Assembly: GCF_040938485.1 (NCBI RefSeq)
Contig: NW_027270942.1
Location: 248,001-312,000, forward strand
Source: Diadema antillarum
Lineage: Eukaryota
Length of the DNA: 64,000 bases
Direction: 5' to 3'
Made by a program: the position numbers and the translations under genes
The notes under the pieces: model-generated
What the model saw: the letters and a program-made list of their open reading frames with translations, nothing else
What the model was told of the DNA's origin: nothing
Databases searched by the model: none
Shown: positions 60,727 through 64,000 of the stretch, piece after piece
How the letters are laid out: the number at the start of each line of letters is the position of its first letter
Position numbering within the stretch: position 1 is the first letter of the stretch

Positions 60727-61252
60727 CACTGTAAAAACATCGGTGTTAGCTTTAACACCACGGGTGTTAAATCTAACACCGATCAAACTTCAATAAAGGA
60801 TCACACCCACAGGTGTTAAAAATGCACTGGTGTTGAAAAGTGTTCACCTGACACTTCGTGGTATTAATTTGACACTGTACCTGGTGTTATTTTGACACTG
60901 TACTGGTGTTAATTCAAAAATGACACCACATGGTGTTGATTTGATATTTGTTGGTGTTAATATCAATGGTTTAACACCCGTCCAGCTTCAATAAGAGACC
61001 ACACCAGCTGGTGTTACTTTGGTGTAAATTTATTTTCACATTTTTTCAAAAATCTAGTATTTTGATGTAAAATTCTTGATCGTCTTGTTTAAATTAAAAA
61101 TCAACAAGAAGTGCAGTTACTAAGAAACTCTTCAAAAAACAGTTTAAAATTTGGAAATGACACCCAGAGGTGTTAATTTAACACCATAAATGAGCACCGA
61201 AAATTTAACACCAGCTCGGTGTTCACTATTTAACACCGGACTTTTTGCAGTG
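60727..61252. mobile_element. EnSpm/CACTA-like non-autonomous element
   Basis: CACTGTAAAAA ... TTTTTGCAGTG termini; TA on both flanks; many AACACC/GGTGTT subterminal repeats in both orientations. Confidence 0.75.
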
Positions 61253-61418
61253 TATTAATGTTAAAATCAAACAAAACTTCTATTACTCAAATTCATGAAT
61301 TTCTTCCGTCGAGATGTTTTCATTGCAACTGATTGACAAATTGCCCTACATCGACGTAAATAAGCACTGAATTGATCAGTGTTTAGTAGTAGCCATGATA
61401 AAAAATCATGGGCGTACA

Positions 61419-61490
61419 TACTCGAGCAGGATTCGAACCTACGACCTCCTGATCACCGGACAGGCGTCATCTCCACTAGACCACCGAGCT
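61419..61490 (-). pseudogene. tRNA-Thr-derived sequence (SINE-like head / pseudo-tRNA)
   Basis: 72 nt; A box TGGTCTAGTGG, B box GGTTCGAATCC; foldable acceptor, D and T stems; anticodon arm CCTGT-CCGGTGA-TCAGG resembles tRNA-Thr but has a 31:39 mismatch, C33 and a GGT triplet; T6 run shortly downstream. Confidence 0.7.
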
Positions 61491-61748
61491 TTCGCCCGAA
61501 AGCAAGTGTTGGTTCTAAACCTTGTAGCATGCAGCGGGTACTGCTTTGTTATTCAAATTCATGAATTTCTTCCGTCGAGATGTTTTCATTGCAACTGATT
61601 GACAAATTGCCCTACATACGTAGGGCAATTATTTTGTCAATCAGTTGCAATGAAAACATCTCGACGGAAGAAATTCATGAATTTGAATAACAAAGCAGTA
61701 CCCGCTGCATGCTACAAGGTTTAGAACCAACACTTGCTTTCGGGCGAA

Positions 61749-61820
61749 AGCTCGGTGGTCTAGTGGAGATGACGCCTGTCCGGTGATCAGGAGGTCGTAG
61801 GGTCGAATCCTGCTCGAGTA
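61749..61820 (+). pseudogene. tRNA-Thr-derived sequence, mirror copy
   Basis: Same as 61419-61490 except B box GGGTCGAATCC (T54-equivalent changed to G). Confidence 0.65.
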
Positions 61821-62912
61821 TGTACGCCCATGATTTTTTATCATGGCTACTACTAAACACTGATCAATTCAGTGCTTATTTACGTCGATGTAGGGCAATT
61901 TGTCAATCAGTTGCAACTTCTATTACATAGTGTATTTGATTTTGTTTAAGTTTGCTGTCTTCGCGAAAGGCAATCTGGTTTTCCCCATTGTGTAAAGTCT
62001 TTATAGGTGCAGAGCGTCGTGAGCAGAGACCATTTACACAATATATTGAGTTTGCAAAACAACAACAACGACATAATGAAGTCATTTATCGTGCCAAAAC
62101 TGGTCTCAAATTCGGATTTATATATCGTAACACTCTGTTGATCGAGAACACAAACACTCTTATACATCGTTAAATTCTTGAAGCAAATATATTACCGAGA
62201 GATACGTGAAAGCAGTGATAAAAAGGTCCATACATAAGCATTTTCGCAGTAATTATATCATACGCAAACATAATTTTCGATCACTACCCCCTTGTGACAT
62301 AATATTGACAGCCATTAAAAACAAGAAAAATAAACTGGCTCAACAAGTATTTTGTCGTTATTCGTAATCCTCTATCTATATACACACAGGCCTCGTATCT
62401 CCCGACAACATCTATTTTAGTACGATTGTAATGTCCAAATTCTGGGGACAAAAATCCGGTGTAAAGATGACTTTTATAAACAGAGTAAAGGTAGCAAAAA
62501 AAAAAAAGCAGCACAAGTTTAATAAAGTCCACATTGGCACAAAAACAACATCAGATAATTATGTATGGTAGTTATGAAGATTTCAACTTCTCCATTTTAT
62601 TTCTACATACGAAACACTTTTATGCTTCGCACATCACATAAAGTCGAAGGGCATGTCCAAATTCTCCCGTGTGGTCTCACACCAATTTTCTGTATTTCCT
62701 TAACTGTAGACGAATTTTTAGAGAAGACCTTTTGCTTCAATCTACCATAGAATTGTTACGATATATAGCTATACTGAGTATTATGGATGTCTAAAGGTTG
62801 AGTTGCAATTACGTATCATCAATCATTGCCAAAAGTATATTAAAGTCAATCCCATAAATTGAAAGGAGATATAAGAGCCTGCATAATTGTGAAGATATGA
62901 TGCCTCTGTACC

Positions 62913-62963
<51 letters not shown>

Positions 62964-63029
62964 CAATAATAAAGTCACAACAGAGGAATGCAGGGAATGC
63001 ATTAATAGCCAATCTTGATTTAATGAATA

Positions 63030-63067
63030 ATCCGAATTTTCGAGGAACCTTCCTCTTCTTCAGGGAT
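63030..63067 (-). ncRNA. Minimal type I hammerhead ribozyme motif, mirror copy
   Basis: Exact reverse complement of 63092-63129. Confidence 0.65.
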
Positions 63068-63091
63068 GACAGTGCGAATATTCACACTGTC

Positions 63092-63129
63092 ATCCCTGAA
63101 GAAGAGGAAGGTTCCTCGAAAATTCGGAT
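63092..63129 (+). ncRNA. Minimal type I hammerhead ribozyme motif
   Basis: AUCC-CUGAAGA-A-GAGGA(AGGU)UCCUC-GAAA-AUU-C-GGAU; predicted cleavage after C63125. Confidence 0.65.
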
Positions 63130-63229
63130 TATTCATTAAATCAAGATTGGCTATTAATGCATTCCCTGCAATCCTCTGTTGTGACTTTATTATTGCTATT
63201 TCTTAGTACTGCCAATACGCGGAACAACT

Positions 63230-63277
<48 letters not shown>

Positions 63278-64000
63278 TAGATATGTATACTAAATTTGTG
63301 GGTTTTTTTTTTCTTCTCTGTGAGACGATGGTAAGCATTCAATAACTCAATAACTCAATAATAATATCGCTACAATGCTATAGAAATTTGATGTGAAATA
63401 AATTAGTATCGAAGAAAGGACTCAAATTTCTTGCAGCAATGATTGACTTTTAAATCAATCAATTACTGTGCGGCTGTATGTATTAAGCGAGTGGATAATA
63501 TGGAAGTAGAAGCTCTGCTGGTACTGAAAACCTAAATCAACAAGAACAACCGCAAAAAAAAAACCCGAATGCTACTGACTGTTATTGTTGTTGTTGTTGT
63601 TGTTGTTGTTGTGGAAGTTGTTGAAGTTGCTGCAGTGATGATGGGGGTTATGACTGTGTGTGGCTGGTCTATAATATGAGATTCTTTCAATTTGAAATTC
63701 AACTCAATTTGAGTTTGATCTTTATTATCAAGACTGATATTTGCAATAAATCGCACGTTGAAATCAATCGCTTGTAAGATTTATGATATAGCTATAGGAC
63801 CAGAATAATTGTGAAATTGATTTCAATCACATCGAGCGTAAGTTTGTTTACAAGTGCGCGTAACTACGGTTTTTTTAATACCATCGCAGACACACAAGAA
63901 TCTAAGAGCTTCACGTGTTGGGGCGCCAAGTGTCGCATGGCCTATTTCGTTACGAAACCAGACATTTTTGTTGACGAAATTACCATTTCGATCGTTAACG

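Larger units (their letters stand above)
61323..61916. repeat. ~594-bp inverted duplication of a 266-bp tRNA-containing tandem unit
   Basis: Arms 61323-61615 and 61620-61916, spacer ATAC; arms differ by one substitution and one 4-nt indel; 65-bp direct repeat at 61287-61351 and 61553-61617. Confidence 0.95.
62961..63198. mobile_element. Spacer-less 238-bp palindrome, probable inverted pair of 5'-truncated Penelope-like pseudo-LTRs
   Basis: 119-bp arms meeting at GAAT|ATTC (63079/63080), two mismatches. (TA)24 abuts the left end; a 34-nt tail then (TA)n lies on the right. Each arm has a hammerhead-like core followed by ATTAAA. PLE assignment is inference. Confidence 0.7.
62915..63275. repeat. 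(TA)n microsatellites flanking the palindrome
   Basis: (TA)n at 62915-62962 and 63233-63275. Confidence 0.95.

Noticed and set aside
61419-61820. Functional tRNA-Thr genes
   Set aside because: 1:72 and 31:39 mismatches, C33, non-eukaryotic GGT anticodon and repeat context.
61287-61916. Hammerhead or CRISPR-like structure in the tRNA palindrome
   Set aside because: CTGATTGA lacks a downstream GAAA in register; no repeat-spacer array; eukaryotic DNA.

Overview
64 kb of an intron-rich metazoan genome (AT-rich; repeat style suggests an echinoderm such as a sea urchin, which is inference only), with three N-gaps of 131-133 nt. Splice-level models can be built for four genes. (1) A FAM124-family gene (+): domain exon 20574-21544, probably preceded by a 1.56-kb disordered-protein exon at 8816-10373. 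(2) A UGT8-like UDP-glycosyltransferase (-, 4 exons) with atypical catalytic and donor-binding residues. (3) An ankyrin-repeat/SOCS-box (ASB-type) gene (-, 5 exons). (4) PSMD4/Rpn10 (+, 11 exons), head-to-head with the ASB gene. Non-coding DNA is dense with MITEs (TSDs of 2, 3, 4, 5, 6, 8-9 and 9 bp), including two telomere-repeat-bearing families. The most unusual part is 60.7-63.3 kb. It holds a ~594-bp inverted duplication of a tRNA-Thr-derived tandem unit and a spacer-less 238-bp palindrome between (TA)n tracts. Each arm of the latter carries a minimal hammerhead-ribozyme motif of the Penelope-like retroelement type. All coordinates were read by eye; no database searches were run.
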